The notes beneath the pieces are model-generated. The model was not told where the DNA came from, did no database searches, and saw nothing but the letters and a program-made list of their open reading frames with translations. A stretch of 64,000 nt of DNA from Mobula birostris. Lineage: Eukaryota. Below, piece after piece: positions 11,880 through 23,628 of this stretch. The translations under genes and the position numbers were made by a program. Within the stretch, counting starts at the first letter, position 1. Each line of letters begins with the position of its first letter. The stretch spans positions 103,965,177 to 104,029,176 of the forward strand of contig NC_092377.1 of NCBI RefSeq assembly GCF_030028105.1, in the 5' to 3' direction.

Positions 11880-13430
11880 GCTTTATTCTATTGCTTTTTC
11901 TTTCTTTGATAGACTGCTACGTAGTTGTCCTTCACTGTCTTTACCAACTGTTGTACTTAGTTTTCTGACACAATCCCATCTATTATGGGTTCTGACAAAT
12001 CTGATCCTAACACCTCCTCCACTTATATCTCTTTCAGTCATGAGTTTATTAGGTGTGTAACCTGTTGGTGATGCACTGTATTCCTTAAGGCAAAACTACC
12101 TGCCACATTGTTACATGTTATTGCTCCACTTTGGCGATTTTCTTTGTGTTTGATTTATCCTTTCCACAATTCCATTAGATTGTGCTGTATAGGGCATATG
12201 AATTCTGCTTGATCTCAGAAAGTGGCAAGACATCTTGCATTGTCTGGGCTGTAAACTGTGTGCCTTGCTTGAATTCTATACTCTGAGGTAATTCCCAGAG
12301 AATAAACACCCTTTCCAATAAGAGTTTTGCAGTGGCTTTGGCCGTGTTTGTCTTAGTCAGCAAACCTTTACCCCACCTAGTGAAAGTATCTATCAGTACA
12401 AGAGTATATGTGTACCCTCCTGGAGCGGGTGGTAAGGATCCAACATAACCTATCTGCAAATTACACTGGTCTGGTGTGACAGAGGGCTCATTTCTATCAG
12501 GATTATATTGTGCACAAATCAAGCAATTCATGACACAGCGCTCCACGTCATCCTTCATTTGAAGCCACCAGCGCACCTCCTTTATTTTTTCCATGGTACT
12601 TTCAGCTTCCTGATGTCTCCATAGATTATAGTACCAGTTGATCATCTGGTTTTGTCCTCCCTCTGGAACCACAAACTTTCCTTCACAAAGGGATACTCCA
12701 TCCTTATCATACACTTCCTTGTTCTCTTAGTATATTTCTGACTCTGCTCCTTTTTTCATTTTTAAATATTCTTTCTATTTCTTCTGCTCCTCTATTAAAT
12801 TCATAACCTTGACCTATTGCTCCTTCTGCCATTCCCAACTCCCCAGTCTGGAGCTGCTATTCCTGCTCACTTGAAGTAATTTGCTTCACTAATTCATCAG
12901 CCTTTCTGTTCCCCTCAGGATTACTTAGAGTGGGCTTTCACCATTTTGACTCCATATTCTTTACTATTTGTGTCTTTATACTGCAATAGAGCAGCAGATG
13001 GAGGGGCTTCCTGTCAGCTGAATAAAACAACCCTCTTGCTTCCCACAGAGGCAAATGTGCTGTAAGGCTGTTCCAAGTGTACATACTGTCAGAGTGTATG
13101 ACTGACCAGAGCGGAAAACAATCTGGGTGGTTAACCACATATGCTACAGCTGCCAGTTCTACCTGTGCCTTCATGGTGCTGGGTAACTTGAAAGCTATAC
13201 TATACATTTTCTGGCCATGTTTATCCTCTACATAGATCCCACACCCAGTTCTCTCACCATCCTGTTCTGATGAGGAGCCATCTGCAAAAATTTAAGTAGG
13301 ATTTTTCCTTTTCCTTTGTGTATTTGATCTTTGGCATTACTGTATCTGATTTGCTTCTACCCTCCTCCTTTATCTTTTAGTATAAATGGTTCATTGGTAT
13401 CATTTACTATCATAACTTTACATTCCTGTT
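11880..13430 (-). mobile_element. Retrovirus-like pol relic (RNase H + integrase), spuma/loki-like
   Basis: RNase H FADGSS...ELAAV...HSDSMY (13290-12940); integrase H...C..C, LQIGYVGSLPPAPGGYTYTLVLIDTFTRW, QGTQF (12714-12175). Confidence 0.75.
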
Positions 13431-15095
13431 CATAAGATATAGGAGCAGAATTACATCATTTGGCCTATCAGCTCTGCTCCTCAGTTTCATCATAGCTGAT
13501 CTATTTCTCTCTCAGTCCTAATCTCCTGCCTACTCCCAGTATCACTTCATGCCATGACTTAATCAAAAGTCTGTTAACCTCTGCCTTAAATATACCCCAT
13601 GAGTTGGCCTCCATAGCCGCCTGTGGCAATGAATTCCACTGATCTATCATTCTCTGGTTAAAGAAATGCCTCTTCATCTCAGTTCTAAATGGTCATTCCT
13701 CTATTCTGAATCTGTGTACTCTGGTCTTAGACCTCACCACCCCCTCCCCATCACAGGAAACATCCTCTCCACATCTATATCGAGGCCATTCAACATTTGA
13801 TAGGCATCAGTGAATTCCTCCCCACCCCCCATTCTTCTGAATTCAGTAAGTACTGGCCCAGCATCATCAAGCACTCCTCAAATGATAAGTCTTTCAATTG
13901 TGGAATTGTTTTTGTAAACCTCCTTTGAACCCTATCCAATATCATCACATCTTTTCTTAGATAACTGCTCACAATACTCCAGGCGAGGCCTGTCCAACAC
14001 CTTATTAAGCTTTAACGTTACATTTTTGCTTTAATATTCTATTCTTCTTGAAATGAATGCTAACTTGCATTTGCCTTCCTCACCACATAATCTATAAATT
14101 AACTTTTATGGTATCCTGCATGAGGACTCCCAAGTCTCTTTGATGTTAGATTTTTGAGTTTTCTTTCCAGTTAGAAAATAGTCTTATCTTCTATTTCTTT
14201 TCCCGAAGTGCATGACCATAAACCTCCTGATGTATTTAATCTGCCATGTCTTTGCCCATTCTCCTAATCTGTTTCAGTTCTTCTGTAGCCTATCTGCTTT
14301 CTCAACACCACCTGTTCCTCTAACTATCTTCATAACATTTACAAAGTTGGCCACAATGCCATCAATTCCTTCATCCAAACCATTGATGTATATTGTCAAA
14401 GGAAGTGGGCCCAACACAGACCACTGTAGAACATCATTTGTCACCGGCATCAACAAGAGAAGGCTCCCTTTATTCACACTCTTTTTCTCCTACTAATCAG
14501 CCAATTCTCAATCCGTGTTAATATCTTTCCTGTAATACCATGAGCTCTTGTTAAGCAGGCTTATGTGTGGCACCCTGTCAAAGGCCTTCTGAAAATCCAA
14601 ATACACAACATCCACAATTGCCCTTTGTCTATCCTGCTTGTTATTTCATCAAATAATTCCAATGGATTTGTCAGGCAAGATCTTTCCTTAACGAAACCAT
14701 GCTGACTTTGGTTAATTTTATCATGTGCCCCTAAGTACCTCGAAACCACATCCTTAACAATCGACTCCACCATCTTCCCAACCTTTGAGGTCAGATTAAC
14801 TGTCCTATAATTTCCTTTCTTCTGCCCCTCTCCTTTCTTGAAGAGTGGAGTGACATTTGCAATTTCCCAGTCCCCCAAGACCATGCCAGATCATTACTAA
14901 AGCCTGCACAATCTCTTCAGCCACCTCTTTCAGAACCTCTCTTGTAGTGTCCCTCAACTTCTGGGTGCATTGTCAGGCCCTGGGGATTTATCCGCCTTAA
15001 CTTGCCTCAAGGCTGCAAACTCCTCCTCCTTTGAAATCTGTACAGGGTCTATGACCTCACTACTGTATTGCCTCACTTCTGTAGACTCCAAACTG
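13431..15095 (-). mobile_element. Degenerate CR1 LINE fragments
   Basis: Minus ORF pieces WEIANVTPLFKKG, QHGF, VLGPL, DKSPGPD; CR1 3' end at ~13431. Confidence 0.85.
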
Positions 15096-15099
15096 ACTG

Positions 15100-18000
15100 G
15101 GGTCTGCAAGTTAGGAAATTGAGTATCCAATTGCATAAGGAGGTATTGAGGTCAAGGTCTTGAAGCACATGGATTAGTTTTGAGGGAATGATATAATTGA
15201 ATGCTGAGCTGAAATCATCAAAGAGCATCCTGATGTACTGTATGCATCTTCATTGACCAGATGTTCCAGGATTGAGTGAAGTGCCAATGAAATGACATAT
15301 GCTAAGAAGGTCATTAGGAAGGAAAAGATGAATTATGAAAGGAAGCTGGTGACTAATATCAAATAAGATAATAAAAGCTTTTTTAAGTATATAAAGGGTA
15401 AAAGAGAGTTGAGAGTAGATATAGGACCAGTAGAAAATGACGCTGGAGATATCATAATGAGAGACACAGAGATGGCAGAGGAACTGAATATGTATTTTGC
15501 ATCATTCTCCACTGTGGAAGACATCTGCAGTATACCAGACATTCAAGAGTATCAGGGAAATGAAGTATGTGCAGCGAAAATTACGACTGAGAAGGTGCTC
15601 AGAAAGCTCAATGATCTGAGGGCGGATAAATCTCCAGGACCTGATGGAATGCATCCTTGGGTTCTGAAGGAAGTAGCTGGAGAGATTGTGGAGGCATTAA
15701 CAATGATCTTTCAAGAATCGATTAGATTCTGGCATTGTACCAGATGCTTGGAAAATTGCAAATGTTACTCCGCTATTTAAGAAGGGTGGGAAGCAGCAAA
15801 AAGGAAACTGCAGACCTGTTAGCCTGACACCAGTGGTTGGGAAGTTGTTGGAATCGATTGTCAGGGATGAAATTATGGAATACATGACAAGAAAGGCCAA
15901 AGCCAGCATGGTTTCCTGAAAGGAAAATTCTGCCTGACTGCAATTTTTTGAGGTAAGTACAAGCAGGGTAGACAAAGGAGATGCAGTAGATGTGGTGTAC
16001 TTGGATTTTCAGAAGGCTTTTGACAAGGTGCTGTGTGTGAGGCTGCTTAGCAAGATAAGAGCCCACAGAATTACAGGGGAGTTACTAGCATGAGTGGAGC
16101 ATTGGCTGATCGGCAGAAAACAGAGTGGGAATAAAGGAATCCTATTCTGGCTGGCTGCCGGTTACCAGTGGAATTCCACTGGGGTTGGTGTTGGGACCGC
16201 TGCTTTCTACCATGTATGTCAATGATTTGGACTATGGGATTAATGGATTTGTGGCTAAGTTTGCCGATGATATAAAGATAGGTCAAGGAGTGGGTAGTTT
16301 TAAGGAAACAGACTGCCTGCAGTGAGACTTGGATCATTTAGGGGAATGGACAAAGAAGTGGCAAATTAAATACTATGTTGGGAAGTGTATGGTCATGTGC
16401 TTTGGAGGAAGAAGTAAACGGGCAGACTATTTAGATGGGGGAGAGAGTTCAAAATGCTGAGATGCAAAGGGACTTGGGAGACCTTGTGCAGGGTACCCTA
16501 AAGTTTAACCTCCAGGTTGAGTCGGTGGTGAAGAAGGCAAATGCAATATTGGCATTAATTTCTAGACGCACAGAATGTAGGAGCAGAGATTTGATGTTGA
16601 GACTCTATAAGGCACTTGTGAGACTACACTTAGAGTAATGGGTGCAGTTTTGGGCTCCTTATTTTAGAAATAATATACTGACATTGGAGAGGGTTCAGAG
16701 AAGATTCATGAGAATGACTCCAGGAATGAAAGGGTTACTGTATGAAGAACGTCTGGCAGCTCTTGGGCTGTATTTCCTGGAGTTCAGGAGAATGAGGGGG
16801 GGATCTCATAGAAACATTCCAAATGTTAAAAGGCCTGAACAGATTTGATATGGCAAAGTTATTTCTCATGATAGGGGAGTCCAGGACAAGGGGCACGACT
16901 TCAGGATTGAGAACTTCCATTTAGAACAGAGATGCGGAGAAATTACTTTAGTCAAAGGGTGGTAAATCTGTGGAATTTGTTGCCACGAGCGGCTGTGGAG
17001 GCCAAGTCATTGTCTGCATTTAAAGCAGAGTTCGGTTCTCGATTAGCCAGGGCATCAAAGTGTACGGGGAGAAGGCAAGGGTATGACTGGAAGAATTGGA
17101 TCAGCCCATAATTGAATGGTAGAGCAGTCTCGATGGGCCGAATGGCCTACTTCTGCTGCTATATCTTATGGTCTTATGATCTTATGCTGTGGGTCTGTTG
17201 TGATGGTAGGCAAATTGGAGCAGATCCAAGTGGATGAAAGTGCTACTAGATGATAGCTATTGAGGCAGTTTACCACAATCTTCTTAGGTATAATTGAAAC
17301 CTGATTGAAGCAGAAATGTACCTCAGCCTGCTGAAGTAAGAGATTAAAGATATTGGTGACACGCCAGCCAGTTGATCACACAGATCTTTAGTTCTTGGTC
17401 AGGTACCCCACCTGGGTCGTTGCTTTCCACCTATCCTCCCTCCTGCAGGGTGCTCTCAAGTTGTCCTCAGAGACTGATATGATAGGGTCATCAGAGTGAG
17501 TCTGATATTGAGAAGGTTCCATGTTTCGATGGTCAAAGCGAGTATAGAAAGATTTGAGCTGATCTGGGAGTGAAGTTGTGCTGTCACCGATGTCACTTCG
17601 TTTTGCATTGTAATGGGAAATAACATTGTAGCCCTGCCACAACTGTCCAACATCCTTCACTGATTCAAGTTTGGTCCGGAAAGCCACTTTGCATCTGAGA
17701 TGGCTTTACAGATGTCGTACCTGGAACTCTTTGTATCTTACTTGATCGCCAGACTTGAATGCCACTGATCTGGCTCTCAGCAGATTGCAGGTCTCATATT
17801 CATCCAGGGTTTCTGGTTGGGGAAGACTCTGAATGATTTTCCAAGGACACACTCATCATGACTATTTTTATAATGTCCATGACAACCATGATGTTTTCAT
17901 TCATATCGTCTGATGATTTCTTCAACACGGCTCTTGTCCAGCGACTCCCATGGCCTTTCCTCTACCTCTGGTAACCTTCTCTTTGTTGTCCTTATCTCTA

Positions 18001-18405
18001 GAGCCTTGTTCTTTAACCTCTGCCTGTATGCAGGTAGGAGGAGACAGCCAAGTGATTAAATTTCCCAAAATGCAGTCTGGGCATGAAACAATAGACATTC
18101 CTAATCATAGTATAGCAGTGGTCGAGTATGTTGGGACCTGGTGCTGCAGGTTATATGTTGATGATAATTGGGCAGAGCCTTCTTCAAACAAGTCTGATCA
18201 AAGTTTCTGATTATTATTTGAAAGGGGTTTGGTCGGCTGTTTCTTGTTTGCTGATGCAGCATTCAATATCTGAGCGTCTACTTTAACGTGAGCCTTTGCT
18301 GGTATGCTCAAGAGCATGGAGAACTCTACTGGTATATAGATTGGTTGGCACTTAACTATCAGGTATTCCATGGTGGTGGGGAACAACAATGTGACAAGAC
18401 AGTTG
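15100..18405 (-). mobile_element. Rex1/Babar-like LINE relic, split by the CR1 at 15303-17185
   Basis: Minus-strand pieces (DFSSAFN-like at ~15200; LWQG...SLPDQLKSFYTRFD at 17.5 kb; endonuclease region ~18.0-18.4 kb) on both sides of the CR1. Confidence 0.65.
15303..17185 (+). mobile_element. 5'-truncated CR1 LINE, degenerate
   Basis: RT fragments similar to the 1898-4740 element; (TCTTATGG/A) tail ~17164-17185. Confidence 0.9.
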
Positions 18406-18896
18406 AGATCTGAGCCTATTACTTCCTCAAAGAATTCCAACACATTTGTCAGGCAAGATTTTCCCTTAAGCAAACCATGCTGATTTCGGCGTGTTTTAGC
18501 TGGTGCCTCCAAGTGCCCGGAAAACACATCTTTAATATAGGGCTCTATGATCATCCCAACCACTGAAGTCAGGCTAACTGGCAAGTAATTTCCTTTCTTC
18601 CTATTCCTTCCCTTCTTAAAGAGTGGAGTGTATAATGCAATTTGCCAGCCCTCCAGAAGTACTAAAGAATCTAGTGATTCTTGAAAGATCACTACTAATG
18701 CCTCCACAATCTCTGCAGCTATCTCCTTCAGAACCCTGGAGCATAATCCATCTAGTCCAAGAGACATCAACGTTCAGACCTTTTCAACATCCCCAGCACC
18801 AACTCCATAGTAATAGTAACCATACTCATTTCTACCCCCTGACACTCTCTAACTTCTGGCATACTGCTGGTGTTTTCCACAGTGAACATTGATGCA

Positions 18897-19585
18897 AGGG
18901 GGGAGGAGAAGATGGTGGTGCGACGCAGCGTGGGCAGCTGCTCCGAAATTATATTGTATGTGTTAACTAGGGGCCGTGCACAATCCTGATTTGATGGAGA
19001 CAGATGTGAGAAGCACGGAGGAACACCTGGAGAAACTTCTGAAATGCCTGCTTAGCTGCCGCTGCTACTGTGCGATTGAGAATCTCCGGAGGGGAAGGCC
19101 CCAAATCCTTGGCTTTACCTATTACCTGTTGCCGGGGCCGAGGTCGAAGCACTCAGCAGAGATGGGGCTTGGTGTTGGAGGGCTGGTTGGAGGCTGGAAG
19201 TTTTCGGATGGACTCAAGAGTTGGCTGTGGTCGGGTGCTTCCAGGATGCTGCATCGGCAAGTTTGCAGCGCTGGAAGCTCATGGCAGGAAGAGTTTTTTT
19301 TCTTCCTTCTACTGTCTGCGTGAGATGATGGGACTTTCGAGAGACTTTGAGACTTTTTTTTACCATGCCCATGGTCTGTTCTTCGTCAAATTACGGTATT
19401 GCTTTGCACTGTTGTAACTATATGTTATAATTATGTGGTTTTTGTCAGTTTTAGTCTTGGTCTGTCTTGTGTTTCTGTGATACCATTCTGGAGGAACATT
19501 GTATCATTTCTTAATGCATGCATTACTAAATAATAAAAGAGGACTGCGTGTCCTCATAATCATAATCTAATCTAATCTAATCTAA
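18897..19585 (+). mobile_element. Non-autonomous retroelement with (TCTAA)n tail
   Basis: Starts gggggaggagaagatgg (YY1-like); ends aataaaagaggactg...(tctaa)4; interrupts the CR1 cleanly; 3' copy at 60915-61070. Confidence 0.75.
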
Positions 19586-20522
19586 GATACTTATTGAGTT
19601 CACCCGCCATTTCCTTGTCCCCCATTACTTCTGCTCCAGTGTCATTTTCCAACCGTCTGATATCCATTCTCTCGCTTTTATTTTTTATAGTATATCTGAA
19701 AAATTGTTTGATAACCTCTATAATATTATTGGCCAGCTTCACCTTATATTTCATCTTATTGCTATTGCATTTTTAGTTGTGGCCTGTTGTTTTTTAAAAG
19801 TTTCCCAATCCTCTATAACTTCACACTACTTTTTGCTATACTATAAGCCTTCACAATTGCTTTTACATTGGTTTTAATTTCCCTTGTCAGCCAAGGTTAC
19901 TTCATTCTTCCTTTAGAATACTTTATCTTTTTTGGAATGCGTCTATCTTGCTCTTTACAAATTGCTTGCGAAAATCTCAGGCATTGTTATTCTACCATCA
20001 TCCCTGCTACTGTGCCCTTCCAAGCAACTTAGGGCAGCTCCTCTCTCTTGCCTCTGTAAATCGATTTACTCCTCTGTAATACTGAAGCATCTGACTTTAT
20101 CTTCTCCTTCTCAAAGTGCGGAGTGAATTCTGTCATATTATGATCACTGTCCCTAAGGGCTCCTTTACCTTAAATTCCATAATCAAATCTGGTTCATTAC
20201 ACAACAGCCAATCCAGAATTGCCTTTCCTCAAGTGGGTTCAATCACAAGCTGCTTTACAAAGCCATTCCGTAGGAATTGTAGAAACTCCTTCTAAATAGC
20301 ATCATGATTTTCCCACTCTGTTTCCATATTGAAATCCCTCAATGGCTGTTGCAACATTGCCTTTACATGCCTTTTTAATCTCCATTGTAATTTGTTGCCC
20401 ACCACCTGGATACTATTAGAAGGCCTGTATTAATTTCCATCAGACTCTTTTACCCTTGCATTTTCTTAGCTCAACCCACAAGGATTCTAAGTCTTTTGAT
20501 CCTATGTTATCTCTTTATAAGG

Positions 20523-21349
20523 TGTGATGCCAAACCACGTTATCAGACGATTGATGCTAATGAGAGAGATAAAGGAGGCAATGGAGAAATGTTCAAAATG
20601 TTAATGAGAGAGGAGAGAGAGATAACGGAAAAGAAACACAATTCAGAATATTGACAGACTGGTTGCTTTGAACCTGCACTGTTTGAAGTTTGATGGACAG
20701 GCAATACCCCAGCAGGGGGATAAAAAGAACAGGTTCGCTAAAGCATGGACACCACGAGATCACGAGATAATGAGACCCTGGAAGAGCAGTGTGCCCCCAC
20801 AAGTTGGTGGGAGTTTGGAGGTTTGGTTCGCAGAACCGACCATAGACTCACAGGGTGTAAAGGTACGATCGGTGGGAACCTGGTGTGTGTGTCTGCCCTT
20901 ACCTGGGTACCGGGTTCACCGCGGAAGACCGGTCATATCCGGAACGGAGGGGTCACAGTCAGTGACCACAGTGGGACAGAAGACATAAAAGGTTCCACCC
21001 GAAACCAACTGGGAAGAACATCAAAGGTCTGCCTGAATCAAATTTGCATCCCCCCGCCCCAACGGCACAAAAGTGATTACCGTGAACTGTACTAAACTGA
21101 ACTGAACTCTGCATCACTTAAGACTGATCATTTTACCCCTAGACTGCGATAGAGCCTGGTTTGATTCCTATTACCCTAGTCCTGTGTACATGTGTGTATT
21201 ATCATTGCTAACCTGTTGCATTTATATCCTTACAATTAGAGTACTGTGTTACTTATTTCTTTAATAAAACTTCATTAGTTCCTAGTAATCCAGACTCCAA
21301 CGAGTGGTCCATTTCTGCTGGTTTGGCAACCCAGTTACGGGGTACGTGA
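20523..21349 (+). repeat. 5' LTR (final bases displaced to 22240-22245)
   Basis: Closely matches 25489-26313. Confidence 0.9.
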
Positions 21350-22239
21350 TGTGACGAAAGAGGGTTACAAAAGTACACATAGACTAAGATGTTAACTGCC
21401 CTGTGCTAGCACCAGTGGGATCAACAGTTGATCTGCCACCTGTCTTCAGGAGAGAGAGATAAGTAAGACAATGGAGCAGCATTTGGAAATGTTAATGAAG
21501 AGACGAGAGAGTTTAACGGAAGGAGACACCGGTCTGAGTATTGTCAAGACCGGCTCCTTTTGAACCCTGAACTGTTTGAAGTGTGATGGACAGGCGATAC
21601 CCCAGCAGGGGGATAAAAAGGGGCAGGTTCGCTAAGACACCACACACGACACCACGAGGTAACGAGACCCTGGAAGCGGTGCGCCCCCACAAGTTGGTGG
21701 AAGTTTTGGAGGTCTGGTCGCGGGACCAGCCATAGACGCACAGGGTGGAAAGATACAGTTGGCGGGAACCTGGTGTGTGTGTCCACCCTTGCCTGGGTGC
21801 CGGGTTCACCGCAGAGGAACGATCGTATCTGAAATGGAGGGGTCACAGTCGGTGACCTCAGAAGACATTACAAAGGGCTCGCCCGAAAGCTAACTGCGAG
21901 GAATATCAAAGGTCTGTTGAATCCGATTTGAATATCAGCATTCGCTCTCTCTCTCCCCAACGGCACGACGGCGATTACTGCGAACTGAACTAAACTGAAC
22001 ACTGTCACTTGTGATTGAACATTTTACCCCTAGACTGCGATAGAGCTGATTGACCCTATTATCCTAGTTCTGTGTACATGTGTGTTTATTCATTGCTAAC
22101 CTGTTGCATTTATACCCTTACTATTAGAGTACTGTGTTGCTTATTTCTTTAATAAAACTTTCTTAGTTCCAGTAATCCAGACTCCAACTGAGTGGTCCAT
22201 TTCTGCTGGTTTGGCAACCCAGTTACGGGGTACATAACA
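21350..22239 (+). mobile_element. Solo LTR of a related subfamily inserted in the tip of the 5' LTR
   Basis: TG...CA bounded; different 5' end; flanked by GTGA/GTAA. Confidence 0.8.
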
Positions 22240-22249
22240 GTAACATAAG

Positions 22250-22275
22250 TGGGGATCTCATCCGGGATTTTGAAC
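22250..22275 (+). other. Primer-binding site complementary to tRNA-Pro
   Basis: tggggatctcatccgggattttgaac vs TGGGGGCTCGTCCGGGATTTGAAC. Confidence 0.85.
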
Positions 22276-22344
22276 GCCAAATTTGGGACTGGGTAAATTG
22301 ATTGGGTTAAAATTCCTGAAAGAAAGAAAGGGCAAACAGCAGAA

Positions 22345-23628
22345 ATGGAGATTGAGGAATTTCTAAAGGCGCCAACCTTGGAGGCATTAGAGGATGCCAG
22401 GAAGTCAGAATTGGCGACTGTTGCCAAACGATTGAATCTGTTTAAGGGGAAGCTGACAATGAGGAGAGTGGAGATGCACAGAGCTATCATTGAGCATTAT
22501 GTATCTAAAGGTGTGTTTCCCCAATCGGAGCTGGAGGTGGTATCTATGAGCAAATCTGGTGGAGAGGCGGTGCAGCTGCAGATGGAAAAATTGAGACTCG
22601 AGCACGAGTTCCGGGTAAGGCAGCTAAAACAAGAAGAGAAGCAGTTAGAACGACAAGAGAGAGAGAAGCAGAAGGAAAGGGAATTTGAGCTGGAGAAGTT
22701 AAGGATGACGCTAGCGCAGGGCCCCATGCCGAACCAAGGTGGAGGGTTCAGGGTGACCCAGGAGGTTAGGCTGGTTCCTCCATTTGAGGAGGCCGATGTT
22801 GATCGGTACTTTCTAAATTTTGAAAAAGTCACTGCAAGTCAGGACTGGCCGAGGGATAAGTGGGCTGTTTTGCTTCAGAGCGTACTTAAAGGGAAAGCTC
22901 AGCAAGCTTACTCGGCATTGTCCGCAGAAGTTGCCCAGAGGTATGATGTGGTGAAGGAGGCGATACTCAGGATTTATGAGTTGGTCCCGGAGGCATACCG
23001 GCAGAGGTTCCGGAATGTGAGGAAGCAGTGGGGCTGCACGTATTTAGAGTTTGCCCGTGGGATGCAGATGTATTGTGAGCGTTGGTGTGCCTCGAAAGGG
23101 GTCAATGGGGATTATGACAGACTGCTACAGCGAATACTGATTGAGTAGTTTAAAGGTTGTGTCCCTGAAGGTATGAGGCCCTATCTAGATGAGAAAGAGG
23201 CAGAAATTTTAGCCGCAACTGCTAAGTTAGCGGATGAGTACGCGTTAACACACAAAGCGAAGTTTACCCCAAGTAAAAGCTACCACAAGGGTAGTCGAGA
23301 GGGCGGAGAGAGTCTGCCGGAAAAGCCAGAAAGTAAGCCGGGGACTAGTGAGAAGGATAAGGAAGACCGGCAGCAGCTTGGTAGGAAGTCTCCTGGGGTC
23401 GTATGTTATAATTGTGGGAAAGCCGGTCACTTTGCGTCCAGGTGCTTTGCCCCAAAGAAGGAGATGAGGAAAGGAAAAACGATGACTCTGACTGGCTGTA
23501 CTGAGCTGGCAAACAAACCGCTAGGGGAGAAGAGGTCTGATAGAGTTCAGGAAGGGCGCGAGAAGTTTATTTCGGCCGGATTGGTGTCGGTGAAGGAGGG
23601 GTCAAACCCAGTTCCAGTACAGATCTGA
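22345..23628 (+). pseudogene. Gmr1-like gag (SCAN-related capsid + CCHC knuckle)
   Basis: VPPFEEADVDRYFLNFEK, ELVPEAYRQRFR, LIE*F, CYNCGKAGHFASRC; in-frame stop at 23146-48. Confidence 0.85.

Noticed and set aside
18976-19417. 115-aa ORFs in the (TCTAA)n element
   Set aside because: No recognisable domain; chance ORFs in GC-rich repeat
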